From contig CM059433.1 in the NCBI GenBank assembly GCA_030390025.1, positions 434,001 to 498,000 of the forward strand: DNA of 64,000 nucleotides. The letters run 5' to 3'. This DNA is from Squalus acanthias. Lineage: Eukaryota. The notes below the pieces were generated by a model, which was not told the DNA's origin, searched no databases, and saw only the letters and a program-made list of their open reading frames with translations. This document shows positions 1 to 11,620 of the stretch, one piece after another; position 1 is the stretch's first letter, and each line of letters begins with the position of its first letter. A program made the position numbers and the translations under genes.

Positions 1-237
1 ACAGAGGGTGGTGAATCTTTGGAATTCTCTACCCCAGAGGGCTGTGAAGGCTCAGTCATTGGGTATATTCAAAACAGAAGTCGATAGATTTCTGACTGGT
101 AAGGGCATCAAGGGATATGGCGATAGGGCCGGTGAATGGAGTTGAGGCAGAAGATCAGCCATGCTCTCATTGAATGGCGGAGCAGGCTCGAAGGGCCGAA
201 TGGCCTACTCCTGCTCCTATTTCTTATGTTCTTATGT
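1..237 (+). mobile_element. CR1 LINE 3' end (truncated by window edge)
   Basis: ORF2 C-terminus (..KGIKGYGDRAGEWS*), then the CR1 3'UTR stem-loop gagcagg..ggcc gaat ggcc..cctgctc and a (ttcttatg)n tail. Near-identical to 42847-43091. Confidence 0.9.
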
Positions 238-349
238 CCTCTCGCCGCCACTGCCGCCGCTTTTATATATGCAGGTGAGATATAATTCCAAGTATTACTA
301 CCATTCACTTATCAGAAATAGTGGTGTACCTTACAATTCTCCAGCCAAT

Positions 350-668
350 GTTTTGTACAGTAAAGCTCCCCATAACTGCCTCAACTATGTGCCTTAATCT
401 CAACCTCAAAAGATCACTTGATGCACCAGTTGACATTTCCATTTCCCACACCAACTATCCATATGCTTCCAGAATGAGATTGCCAGTCAGATTAGCTTTG
501 TGCTGTGGGCCAACACTCACTAGGAACCTTGTTCAGGCAGCTCAAATTCTTTTCACTTGTCGTCATTATATAAGTAGACTTTCATCCCGTCTTTCTGGGA
601 TGGATTTTAATCAAGATTGCAGAGGTGAAACAACAGTTTGTTCACTCACTACACCACCCAGTCCTCAG
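350..668 (-). mobile_element. Degraded LF-SINE-like tRNA-derived SINE
   Basis: The reverse complement shows tttcacctctg..., gttcctagtgagtg...ccacagcacaaa motifs shared with copies at 40030-40350 and 43190-43404. Confidence 0.45.
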
Positions 669-1299
669 TGCTAATGACTTTTGATTCTGAATCTTAATTA
701 TTGGATTTAGGTAACAGCAGCTTAATATTCTATTTTTTTCACAACAACTTGCACTTATAAAGGGCTTTTAAGTCAGGAAAACGTGCCAAGGCACTTCAGA
801 GGAGTATATTCATGCAATAATTGATACCAACATATTGGGAGTGGTGATTAAAAGTTTGGTCAAAGAAGTTGGTTTTAAGGAGGGTCTTAAGGAGGAGAGA
901 TCAGCCATAGAATCATAGAAATTTATGGCACAGAAGGGGGCCTTTCGGCCCATCGTGTCTGTGTCAGCTGAAAAAGAGCTATCCAGCCTAATCCCACTTT
1001 CCAGCTCTGCAGCTGTAGCCCCGTAGGTTACGGCACTTCAAGTGCATATCCAAGTACTTTTTAAGAACATAAGAACTTAAGAAATAGGAGCAGGAGTAGG
1101 CCAATTGGCCCCTCGAGCCTGCTCCGCCATTCAATAAGATCATGGCTGATCTGATCCTAACCGCCAATCTACTATCACAGAACCATCTCCTGAACCTAAC
1201 AGAATTGGACACATGAAATAGGAGCAGGAGCAGGATCAGGCTACACGGCCCCTGGGCCCGCTGCGCTACCCACAGGGCCATGACGATCCGAACCTAGAC

Positions 1300-4120
1300 T
1301 CATGTCCAAATTCCTGCCCGCTCCCCGTAACCCTTAATTCCCTTTACTTCTAGGAAACTGTCTATTTCTGTTTTAAATTTATGTAATGATGTAGCTTCTA
1401 CAGCTTTTTGGGGCAGCATATTCCATGGACCTACCACCCTCTGAGTGAAGTAGTTCCTTCTCATCTCAGTTTTGAAAGAGCAGCCCCTTATTCTAAGACT
1501 ATGCCCCCTAGTTCTAGTTTCACCCATCATCGGGAACATCCTCCCCGCATCCACCCGATCCAACCCCTTCACAATCTTATATGTTTCAATAAGATCGCCT
1601 CTCATTCTTCTGAACTCCAATGAGTAGAGTCCCAATCTACCCAACCTCTCCTCATATGTCCATCCCCTCATCCCTGGGATTAACCGAGTGAACCTTCTTT
1701 GTACTGACTCGAGAGCAAGTATGTCTTTTCTTAAGTATGGACACCAAAACTGTATGCAGTATTCCAGGTGCGGTCTCACCAATACCTTGTACAACTGAAG
1801 CAATACCTCCCTATTTTTATATTCTATCCCCCTAGCAATGAAAGCCAACATTCCATTTGCCTTCTTAATCACTTGCTGCACCTGCATACTAACCTTTTGA
1901 GTTTCGTGCACCAGGACCCCCAGATCCCTTTGTACTTCAGTACTTTCCAGTTTCTTGCCATTAAGATAATAACTTGCTCTACTATTTTTCCTGCCAAAGT
2001 GCATAACCTCACACTTTCCAATATTGTATTCCATCTGCCCACTTACTTAGCCTGTCTATGTTTTCTTGCAGATTTTTTATGTCCTCCTCACTCACTACTT
2101 TCCCTCCCATCTTAGTATCATCTGCAAACTTTGATATGTTACACTCGGTCCCCTCCTCCAAATCGTTAATATAGATTGTAATGAGTTGGGGACCCAGCAC
2201 TGACCCCTACGGAACACCACTAGTTACTGATTGCCAGTCTGAGAATGAACCATTTATCCCAACTCTCTGCCTTCTGTTAGATAGCCAATCCTCTATCCAT
2301 GCCAGAATATTACCCCCAATCCCGTGATTTTTTATCTTAAGCAATAATCTTTTGTGTGGCACCTTGTCAAATGCCTTTTGGAAGTCTAAATACACCACAT
2401 CCACTGGTTCCCCTTTATCCACTCTATATGTTACTTCCTCAAAGAACTCCAGCAAATTTGTCAAACATGACTGCCCCTTCATAAAACCATGCTGACTTTG
2501 TCCTATTAAATTATGATTATCCCAATGTCCCGTTGCTGTCTCCTTAATAATTGACTCCAAAATTTTACCTACCACAGATGTTAGGCTAACTAGGCGGGTC
2601 TATAGTTTCCAGCCTTCTGTCTACTGCCCTTTTTAAATAAGGGTGTTACATTAGCAGTTTTCCAGTCTGCATGGGATCTTTGCTGAGTCTAGGGAGTTTT
2701 GGAAAATTATTACCAATGCATCCACAATCCCTACCGCCACTTCCCTCAAGACCCTAGGATGTAAGCCATCAGGTCCAGGTGATTTATCCGCCTTGAGTCC
2801 CATTATTTTACCGAGTACCACTTCCTTAGTGATTTTGATCGTGTTTAGCTCCCCCCCCCCCTATAGCCCCCTGTTTGTCCAGTGTTGGGATATTCTTAGT
2901 GTCCTCTACTGTAAAGACTGATACAAAATATCCATTCAGTGTATTTGCCATCTCCATATTTCCCACCATTAATTTCCCGGTCTCATCCTCTAAGGGACCA
3001 ACATTTACTTTAGCCACCCTTTTTCTTTTTATATAACTATAAAAACTCTTACTATCTGTTTTTATATTTTTTGCTAATTTACTTTCATAATCTATCTTCC
3101 CTTTCTTAATCAATCTTTTTGTTATTTTTTGCTATCTTTTAAAGTTTTCCCAATCCTCTATCCTCCCACTAGATTTGGCTACCTTATAAACCCTTGTTTT
3201 TAGTCGAATACTATCCTTAATTTCTTTACTTAGCCACAGATGACTGTCTTTTCTTTTACACCCTTTTCTTCTCAGTGGAATATATATTTTTTGGAAGTTG
3301 TAAAATAACTCCTTAAATGTACACCACTGATCATGTATCGTCTTACCCTTTAATCTATTTTCCCAATCTACTCTACTCAATTCCACTCGCATACCTTCAT
3401 AGTCTCCTTTATTCAAGCTTAGTATGCTTGTTTGAGATCCAACCTTCTCACCCTCTAATTGAATATGGAATTCAACCATGTTATGGTCACTCATTCCAAG
3501 GGGATCCTTTACTAGGACATTTTTAATTAATCCTGTCTTGTTACACAGGACCAGATCTAAGGTTGCTTGCCCCCTGGTCGGTTCAGTTACATACTGCTCA
3601 AGAAACCCATCCCTAATACGCTCAATGAACTCATCCTCAAGGCAGCCCTGCCCAATTTGATTTGTCCAATTAATATGATAGTTAAAATCCCCCATAATTA
3701 TAGATGTTCCCTTATTACAAGCCTCAACTATTTCCTGATTGATACTCCGTCCAACAGAGTTGCAACTGTTCGGAGGCCTATAGACTACGCCTACTAGTTT
3801 TTTTTCCCCTTATTATTCCTTATCTCCACCCAAACTGTTTCATTATCCTGATCTTTTGACCCAATATCATTTTTCTGTATTACAGTGATTCCTTCCTTTA
3901 TTAACATAGCCACCCCACCTCCCCTTCCTTCCTGCCTGTCCTTCCTGATTGTTAAATAACCTGCTATGTTTAATTCCCAGGCATTGTCACCCTGCAGCCA
4001 TGTTTCTGTAATGGCCACAAGATCATACCCATGTGTAGTTATTTGTGCCATTAACTTGTCTATTTTGTTACGAATACTACGTGCATTCAGATAGAGAACT
4101 TTCAAATATTTTTGTGACAC
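1300..4120 (-). pseudogene. CR1 ORF2 (endonuclease / reverse transcriptase), disrupted
   Basis: Collinear ORF fragments 3794-4120, 3132-3695, 2826-3113, 2207-2575, 2009-2200 and 1300-2034. Confidence 0.9.
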
Positions 4121-4280
4121 TTAGTTCCTGCTTTTGCCCTTTTTATTACTTTACCTTTTACTCCATACCTTCTGCCCCTTCCTGACACACTCTGGTTTTT
4201 AATTTCCCCACTGCTACCTAAGTCTATGGCCTTCTCTGTTATTTTTATTATTTGCTCTCTAGGAACCTCCCCCCCACTAG

Positions 4281-5278
4281 TTAGTTTAAAGCCCTCTCTA
4301 CAGCCCTAGTTATATGATCCGCCAGGACTCTAGTCCCAGCACTGGCCAAGTGAAGCCCGTCCCAACGGAACAGCTCCCTCCTGCCCCAGTACTGGTGCCA
4401 GTATCCCAGGAAGCAAAACCCATTTCTCCCACACCAGTCTTTGAGCCACTCATTTAACTCTCTCCTTTTATTTGTCCTAGCCAAATTCGCTCGTGGCTCA
4501 GGTAATAATCCAGAGATTATTACCCTTGAGGTTCTGTTTTTTAATTTGACCCCTAGCTGCTCATACTCCTTTAACAGAACCGGCTTCCTTGTCCTATCTA
4601 CGTCGTTTGTACCAACATGGACCACGACAACTGGATCCACCCCCTCCCACTGCAAGTTTCTTTCCAGCCCAGAGGAGATGTCCTTAACCCTGGCACCGGG
4701 CAGGCAACACAGACTACGGGACTCTCGCTCTCGGCTGCAGAGAACTCTATCTATCCCCCTAATAATAATACTATCCCCTACCACTACAACATTTCTATTT
4801 ACTCCCCCCTCTTGAATGGCCCCCGTTCCACGGTGCTGTGGCCAGGTTGCTCATCCTCCCTGCAGTCCCTGCTCCTGTCCCCACAGGGAGTAAGAACCTC
4901 AAACCTGTTGGTCAAGGGCAAGGGCTGTGGTTCCTCCAACACTACCTCCTGGATCCCTGTACCTGCCTCACTCGTAGTCACACCGTCCTGTCCCTGACCA
5001 TGGGCTACATCTGAATTAATTAACTTTATAGGTGTGACCACCTCCTGAAACACAGAGTCCAGGTACTTCTCCCCCTCCCTGATGTGTCGCAGTGTCTGAA
5101 GCTCAGACTCCAGCTCATCAACACGGAGCTGGAGTTCCTGTAGCAGCAGACACTTGTCACAGATGTAATCACCGTGAGCCTCAATGGGGTCCACCGGCTC
5201 CCACATCTCGCAACAGTAACACATCACCTGCTCCATTCTATGTAATGAATTAATTTTTTTATTGTTAGTTATGGACAC
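4281..5278 (-). pseudogene. CR1 ORF1: CxxC..CxxC zinc finger, leucine zipper and SGNH/GDSL esterase domain (one frameshift)
   Basis: ORF 4799-5278 has CYCCEMW..YICDKC and LQELQLRVDELESELQTL. ORF 4281-4784 has GDS, HVGTND and DGLHL, the SGNH blocks known from CR1-clade ORF1. Confidence 0.9.
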
Positions 5279-8105
5279 TCTCTGCCCGATTATAGATGCT
5301 AGTATCCCCTCTAATTAATTGGATTTAAATTAAATCAATCCCTCTAAATTACACCAGTTAAATGGTTTACCAACAGTCACTCTGCACCAGAAAGGCCTCA
5401 TTAACTACAACCCACAGAGTTTAAGTTTAAAAAGAGAGAAATACTCAATGTGATGAGGGTTTCTGACTCTACCACCCTTTTGGGTAATGAGTTCAAGACC
5501 CCCACCAGCCTCTGAGGAAAAAAGTTCTCCTCAACTCCCCTCTAATCCTTCTACCAATTGCTTTAAATCTATGCCCCCTGGTTATTGACCTCTCTGCTAA
5601 GGGAACTAGGTCCTTCCTATCCACTCTATCTAGGATGCTCATAATTTTATACACCTCAATTAAGTCTCCCCTCAGCCTCCTCTGCGCCAAAGAAAATAAT
5701 CCCAGCCTATCCAATCTTTTCTCATAGCTAAAATTCTCCAGTACAGTCAACATCCTCGTAAATCTCCTCTGCACCCTCTCTAGTGCAATCACATCCTTCT
5801 TGTAATGTGGTGACCAGAACTGCACGCAGTACTGTAGCTGTGGCCCAACTAATGTTTTATACAGTTCAAGCATAATCTCTCTGCTCTTATATTCTATGCC
5901 TTGACTAATAAAGGAAAGTATCCCGTATGTCTTAACCACCTAATCTACCTGTCCTGCTACTTTCAGGGATCTGTGGACAGGCACTCCAAGGTTCCTCTGT
6001 TTCTCTACACTTCTCAGTATCCTACCATTTATTGTGTATTCCCTTGCCTTGTTAGCCCTCCCCAAATGCATTACCTCACACTTCTCCACATTGAATTCCA
6101 TTTGCCACTTTTCTGCCCACCTGACCCATCCATTGATATCTTCCTGCATTCTGCAGCATTCTTCCTCACTATCAACCACACGGCCAATTTTTGTATCATA
6201 TGCAAAGTTCTTGATCATGCCCCCTACATTAAAGTTTAAATCATTGATGTATACCACAAAAAGCAGGGGGTCTAGTACTGAGCCCTGCGGAACCCCACTG
6301 GAAACAGCCTTCCCGTCACAAAAACACCCGTCGACCATTACCCTGCCACTGAGCCAATTTTAGATCCAACTTGCCACTTTCCCTTGGATCCCTTGGGCTT
6401 TTACGTTTTTGACCAACTTGCTATGTGGGACTTGTTAAAAGCCTTGCTAAAAACCAGTTAGCCTACATCAAATGCACTACCCTCCTTCTTACCTCCTCAA
6501 AAAATTCAATCAAGTTAGTCAGACACAATCTTTCCATAACACATCCATACTGACTGTCCTTGATTAATCCGAATCTTTCAAAATGATGATTAATACGGTT
6601 GCTCAGAATTTTTTCCAATAATTTGCCCACCACCGAGGTTAGGCTGACTGGCCTGTAATTACTTGGTCTATCCCTTTCTCCCTTTTTAAACAACGGTACA
6701 ATGTTAGCAATCCTCCAGCAACACACCGAAAGCCAGAGAGGATTGGAAAATGATGGTCAGAGTCTCCACTATTTCCTCCCTTGCTTCTCTTAACAGCCTG
6801 GGATACATTTTATCCGAGCCTGATAATTTAACTACTTTCAAAGAGGCCCTTAATACTTCGTCTCTCACTATGTTTGTCTCATCTAATATTTTACACTCCT
6901 CCTCCTTAACTACAATATCTACATCGTCCCTCTCTTTTGTGAAGACAGACGCAAAGTATTCATTAAGAACCATACCCATGTCGACCGCCTCAACACACAG
7001 GTTACCTTTTTGGTCTCTAATAGTCCCTACTCTTTCTTTAGTTATCCTCTTGCTCTTTATGTATTTATAAAACATCTTTGGATTTCCCTTGATTTTACTT
7101 GCCAATTTTTTTTGCATGCCCTCTCTTTGCATTCCTAATTTTCTTTTATTTTCACCCCTGCACTTTCTATACTCCTCGACTTTCTGCAGTATTTAACTCT
7201 TGGTATCTGACATAAGCTTCCCTTTTTTCCCCTTATCCTATGCTGTATGCCCCTTGACATCCAGGGGGCTCTAGATTTGGGAGTCCCACCCTTTTTCTTT
7301 GTGGGAACATATTTGCTCTGAGTTGAATGGTTTAGGAAGGGAATTCCAGAGCTTTAGGCCCAGATGGCTGAAGGCATGCCAATGGTGGGGGAAGGGATTG
7401 GGGGATGTGCAAGAGGCCAAAATTGGAGAAACGCAGAATTCTTGGAGGGTTGTCAGGCTGGAGGAGGTTATAAAGATAGGGAGTGGTGAGGCCATGAAGG
7501 GATTTGAACAAGAGGATGTGAATTTTACATTCGAGGCCTTGTTGGACTGGGAGCGAGTATAGGTTAGCGAGCATATGGGGCTGGGTGAGCGGGACTTGGT
7601 GCGGGTTAGGTTACGAGCAGCAGAGTTTTGGATGAGGTCAAGTTTATGGAGGGTAGAATATGGCCAGCCAGGAAAGCATTGGAATAGTCAAGTCTTGAGC
7701 TAACAAAGGCATGGATGAGGGTTTCAGTAACAGATGGGCTGAGGCAGATTTGGAGACTGGCGAGGGAGGCAGTCTTTGTGATGGACAGTATATCGGGTCG
7801 GAAGTCCAGCTCCGGGTCAAATAAGTTGTGAACAGTTTGGTTCAGCTTGAGGCAGTGGCCAGGGAGGGGGATGGAATCGGTGGCGATGGAAGAGTGTTTG
7901 TGGTGGGGGCCGAAGACAACGTCTTTGGTCTTCCCAGTGTTTCATTGGAGGAAATTGTTCGTCATCCAGGATGTCGGACGAGCAGGCTGACAACATAAAG
8001 GCAGTAGAAGGGTTGACAGAGGTGGTTGTAAGGGAGAGCTGGATGTCGTCAGCGTACATGTAGAACCTGACATCATGTCTTTGGATGATGTCACCGAGTG
8101 GATTC

Positions 8106-11100
8106 ATAAGAACATAAGAACATAAGAAATAGGAGCAGGAGTAGACCAATCGGCCCCTTGAGCCTGCTCCGCCATTCAATAAGATCATGGCTGATCTGAT
8201 CCAACCTCAACTCTAAAGAACACAAGTAGGAGCAGGACCAGGCCACTCGGCCCCTGGGCCCGCTCCGCCACCCACAGGGCCTTGACCGATCCGAACTCAA
8301 ACTCATGTCCAATTTCCAGCCCGCTCCCCGTAACCCCTGATTCCCTTTACTTCTAGGAAACGGTCTATTTCTGTTTTAAATTTATATAATGAAGTAGCTT
8401 CCTGGGGTAGCAAATTCCACAGACCCACTACCCTCTGAGTGAAAAAGTTTCTCCTCATCTCAGTTTTGAAAGAGGAGCCCCTTATTCTAAGTTTATGTCC
8501 CCTAGTTCTAGTTTCACCCATCATTGGGAACATACTCACCGCATCCACCCGATCAAGCCCCTTCACAATCTTATATGTTTCAATAAGATCGCCTCTCATT
8601 CTTCTGAACTCCAATGAGTAGAGTCCCAATCTACTCAACCTCTCCTCGTATGTCCACCCCCTCATCCCCGGAATTAACCGAGTGAACCTTCTTTGTACTG
8701 CCTCGAGAGCAAGTATGTCTTTTTTTAAGTATGGACACCAAAACTGTATGCAGTACTCCAGGTGCGGTCTCACCAATACCCTATACAACTGCAGCAATAC
8801 CTCCCTGTTTTTATATTCTATCCCCCTAGCAATAAAAGCCAACATTCCATTGGCTTTCTTGATCACCTGCTGCACCTGCATACTAACTTTTTGATTTTCT
8901 TGCACCAAGACCCCCAGATCCCTTTGTACTGCAGTACTTTCCAGTTTCTCGCCATTAAGATAATAACTTGCTCTCTGATTTTTCCTGCCAAAGTGCATAA
9001 CCTCACATTTTCCAATATTGTATTGCATCTGCCAAATCTCTGATCACTCACCCAGCCTGTCTATATCCCCTTGTAGGTTTTTTATGTCCTCCTCACTCTC
9101 TACTTTCCCTCCCATCTTTGTATCATCTGCAAACTTTGATATGTTGCACTCGGTTCCCTCCTCCAAATCGTTAATATAGATTGTAAAGAGTTGGGGACCC
9201 AGCACCGACCCCTGCGGTACACCACTGGCTACTGGTTGCCAGTCCGAGAATGAACCATTTATCCCAACTCTCTGCTTCCTGTTAGATAACCAATCCTCCA
9301 TCCATGCCAGAATATTACCCCCAATCCAGTGATTTTTTATCTTGAGTAATAATCTTTTATGTGGCACCTTGTCGAATGCCTTCTGGAAGTCTAAATACAC
9401 TACATCCACTGCTCCCCTTTATCCACCCTGTACGTTATGTCCTCAAAGAACTCGAGCAAATTTGTCAGACATGACTTCCCCTTCATAAAGCCATGCTGAC
9501 TTTGTCCTATTAAATTATGCTTATCTAAATGTTCCATTACTGTCTCCTTAATAATAGACTCCAAAATTTTACCCACCACAGATGTTAGGCTAACTGGTCT
9601 ATAATTTCCAGCCTTCTGCCTACAACCCTTTTTAAATAAGGGTGTTACATTAGCAGTTTTCCAATCTGCCGGGACCTTTGCTGAGTTCAGGGAGTTTTGG
9701 AAAATTATTACCAAAGCATCCACAATTCCTACTGCCACTTCCCTCAAGACCCTAGGATGCAAGCCATCAGGTCCAGGGGATTTATCCGCCTTGAGTCCCA
9801 TTATTTTACTGAGTACCAATTCCTTAGTGATTTTAATCGTATTTAGCTCCTCCCCCACTAGAGCCCCCTGTTTGTCCAGTGTTGGGATATTCTTAGTGTC
9901 CTCTACCGTAAAGACTGAAACAAAATATTTGTTCAGCATTTTTGCCATCTCCATGTTTCCCACCATTAATTTCCCGGTCTCATCCTCTAAGGGACCTACG
10001 TTTGCCTTAACCACCCTTTTTCTTTTTATATAACTATAGAAACTCTTGCTACCTGTTTTTATATTTTTTGCTAATTTATTTTCATAGTCTATTTTCCCTT
10101 TCTTAATCAATCCTTTAGTTACTTTTTGTTGTCTTTTTGAAGACTTCCCAATCTTCTATCCTCCCACTAACTTTGGCTACCTTATATGTCCTTGTTTTTA
10201 GTTGGATACTTTCTTTAATTTCTTTACTTAGCCATGGATGGCTGTCATTTCTTTTACACCCTTTTTTCCTCAGTGGAATATATTTATTTTGAAAGTTGTA
10301 AAATAACTCCTTGAATGAACACCACTGCTCATGTACCGTCTTACCCTTTAATCTATTTTCCCAGTCCACTTTAATAAATTCTGCTCTCATGCCATCATAG
10401 TCTCCTTTATTCAAGCTCAGTATGCTTGTTTGAGAACCAACCTTCTCACCCTCTAATTGGATATGGAATTCAACCATGTTATGGTCACTCATTCCAAGGG
10501 GATCCTTAACTAGGACATTATTAATTAATCCAGGCTCATTACATAGTACCAGGTCCAAGGTTGCTTGCCCCCTTGTAGGATCAGTTACATACTGCTCAAT
10601 AAATCCATCCCTAAGACACTCAATAACTCTTCCTCAAGGCTGCCCTGCCCAATTTGATTTGTCCAGTTAATATGATAGTTAAAATCCCTCATAATTATAG
10701 CTGTTCCCTTATTACATGCCCCAACTATTTCCTGATTAATACTTCTTCCAACAGAGTTGCAACTATTAGGAGGCCTATATACTATGCCCACCAGTGTTTT
10801 TTTCCCCTTATTATTCCTTATCTCTACCCAAACTGTTTCATTATCCTGATCTTTTGACCCAATATCATTTCTCTGTATTAGTGATTCCTTCCTTTATTAA
10901 CATAGCCACTCCCCCTCCCCTTCCTTCCTGCCTGTCCTTCCTGATTGTTAAATACCCTGGCATATTTAATTCCCAGACGTTGTCACCCTGCAGCCATGTT
11001 TCTGTAATGGCCACAAGATCATACCCATACATAGTTATTTGTGCCGTTAACTCGTCAATTTTGTTACGAATGCTACGTGCATTCAGATAAAGAACTTTCA

Positions 11101-11620
11101 AATGTGTTTTGCGACACTTACTTCCTGCTTTTTCCTTATTTAACACTTTACCTTTTACTCCATACCTTCTGTCCCTTCCTGACATGCTTTCCTCTGTCTC
11201 CCTGCTCAGGTTCCCAACCCCCTGCCACATTTGTTTAAATCCTCCCCAACAGCACTAGCAAACACTCCCTCTAGGACAGCGGTCCCGGCCCTGCCCAGGT
11301 GCAGACCATCCGGTTTGTACTGGTCCCACCTCCCCCAGAACCGGTTCCAATGTCCCAGGAATTTGAATCCCTCCCCCTTGCACCATTCCTCTAGCCACGT
11401 ATTCATTTGAAATATCCTCCTATTTCTACTCTGACTAGCACGTGGCACTGGTAGCAATCCTGAGATTACTACCTTTGAGGTCCTATTTTTTAATTTACCT
11501 CCTAACTCCCTATATTCTGCTTTTAGGACCTCATCCCCTTTTTTACCTATATCGTTGGTGCCTATGTGCACCACGACAGCTGGCTGTTCGCCCTCCCCCT
11601 CCAAAATTCCTTCTACAAGC
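8106..11620 (-). mobile_element. CR1 LINE, 5'-truncated within ORF1; ORF2 disrupted
   Basis: (cataagaa)n tail; ORF2 fragments 8303-11230; partial esterase ORF1 at 11206-11628 (HIGTND, DGLHL). Confidence 0.93.

Larger units (their letters stand above)
1063..5445 (-). mobile_element. Near full-length CR1 LINE (ORF1 + ORF2, frameshifted)
   Basis: (aagaacat)n tail; ORF2 fragments with APE endonuclease (YLNARSIRNK, AITETWL, MGDFN, SDHN) and RT ([17 protein letters not shown]); ORF1 lies upstream. Confidence 0.95.
905..7319 (-). mobile_element. Older 5'-truncated CR1 LINE (905-1062 plus 5446-7319), interrupted by a younger CR1
   Basis: (catagaat)n tail at 905. The sequence ccaagtactttt|aatgtgatgagggt rejoins across the insert (compare the intact junction near 38140-38170). 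Frameshifted RT ORFs at 5493-7132. Confidence 0.85.
741..8105 (-). mobile_element. L2 LINE 3' part split into 741-900 and 7320-8105 by a CR1 insertion
   Basis: Reverse complement of an L2 3' tail at 741-900. L2 RT C-terminal peptides ([32 protein letters not shown]) resume at 7320-8105. Confidence 0.8.

Noticed and set aside
4441..4997. Plus-strand ORFs antisense to CR1 ORF1, and similar antisense ORFs over other LINEs
   Set aside because: Shadow frames of LINE coding sequence with no independent support.
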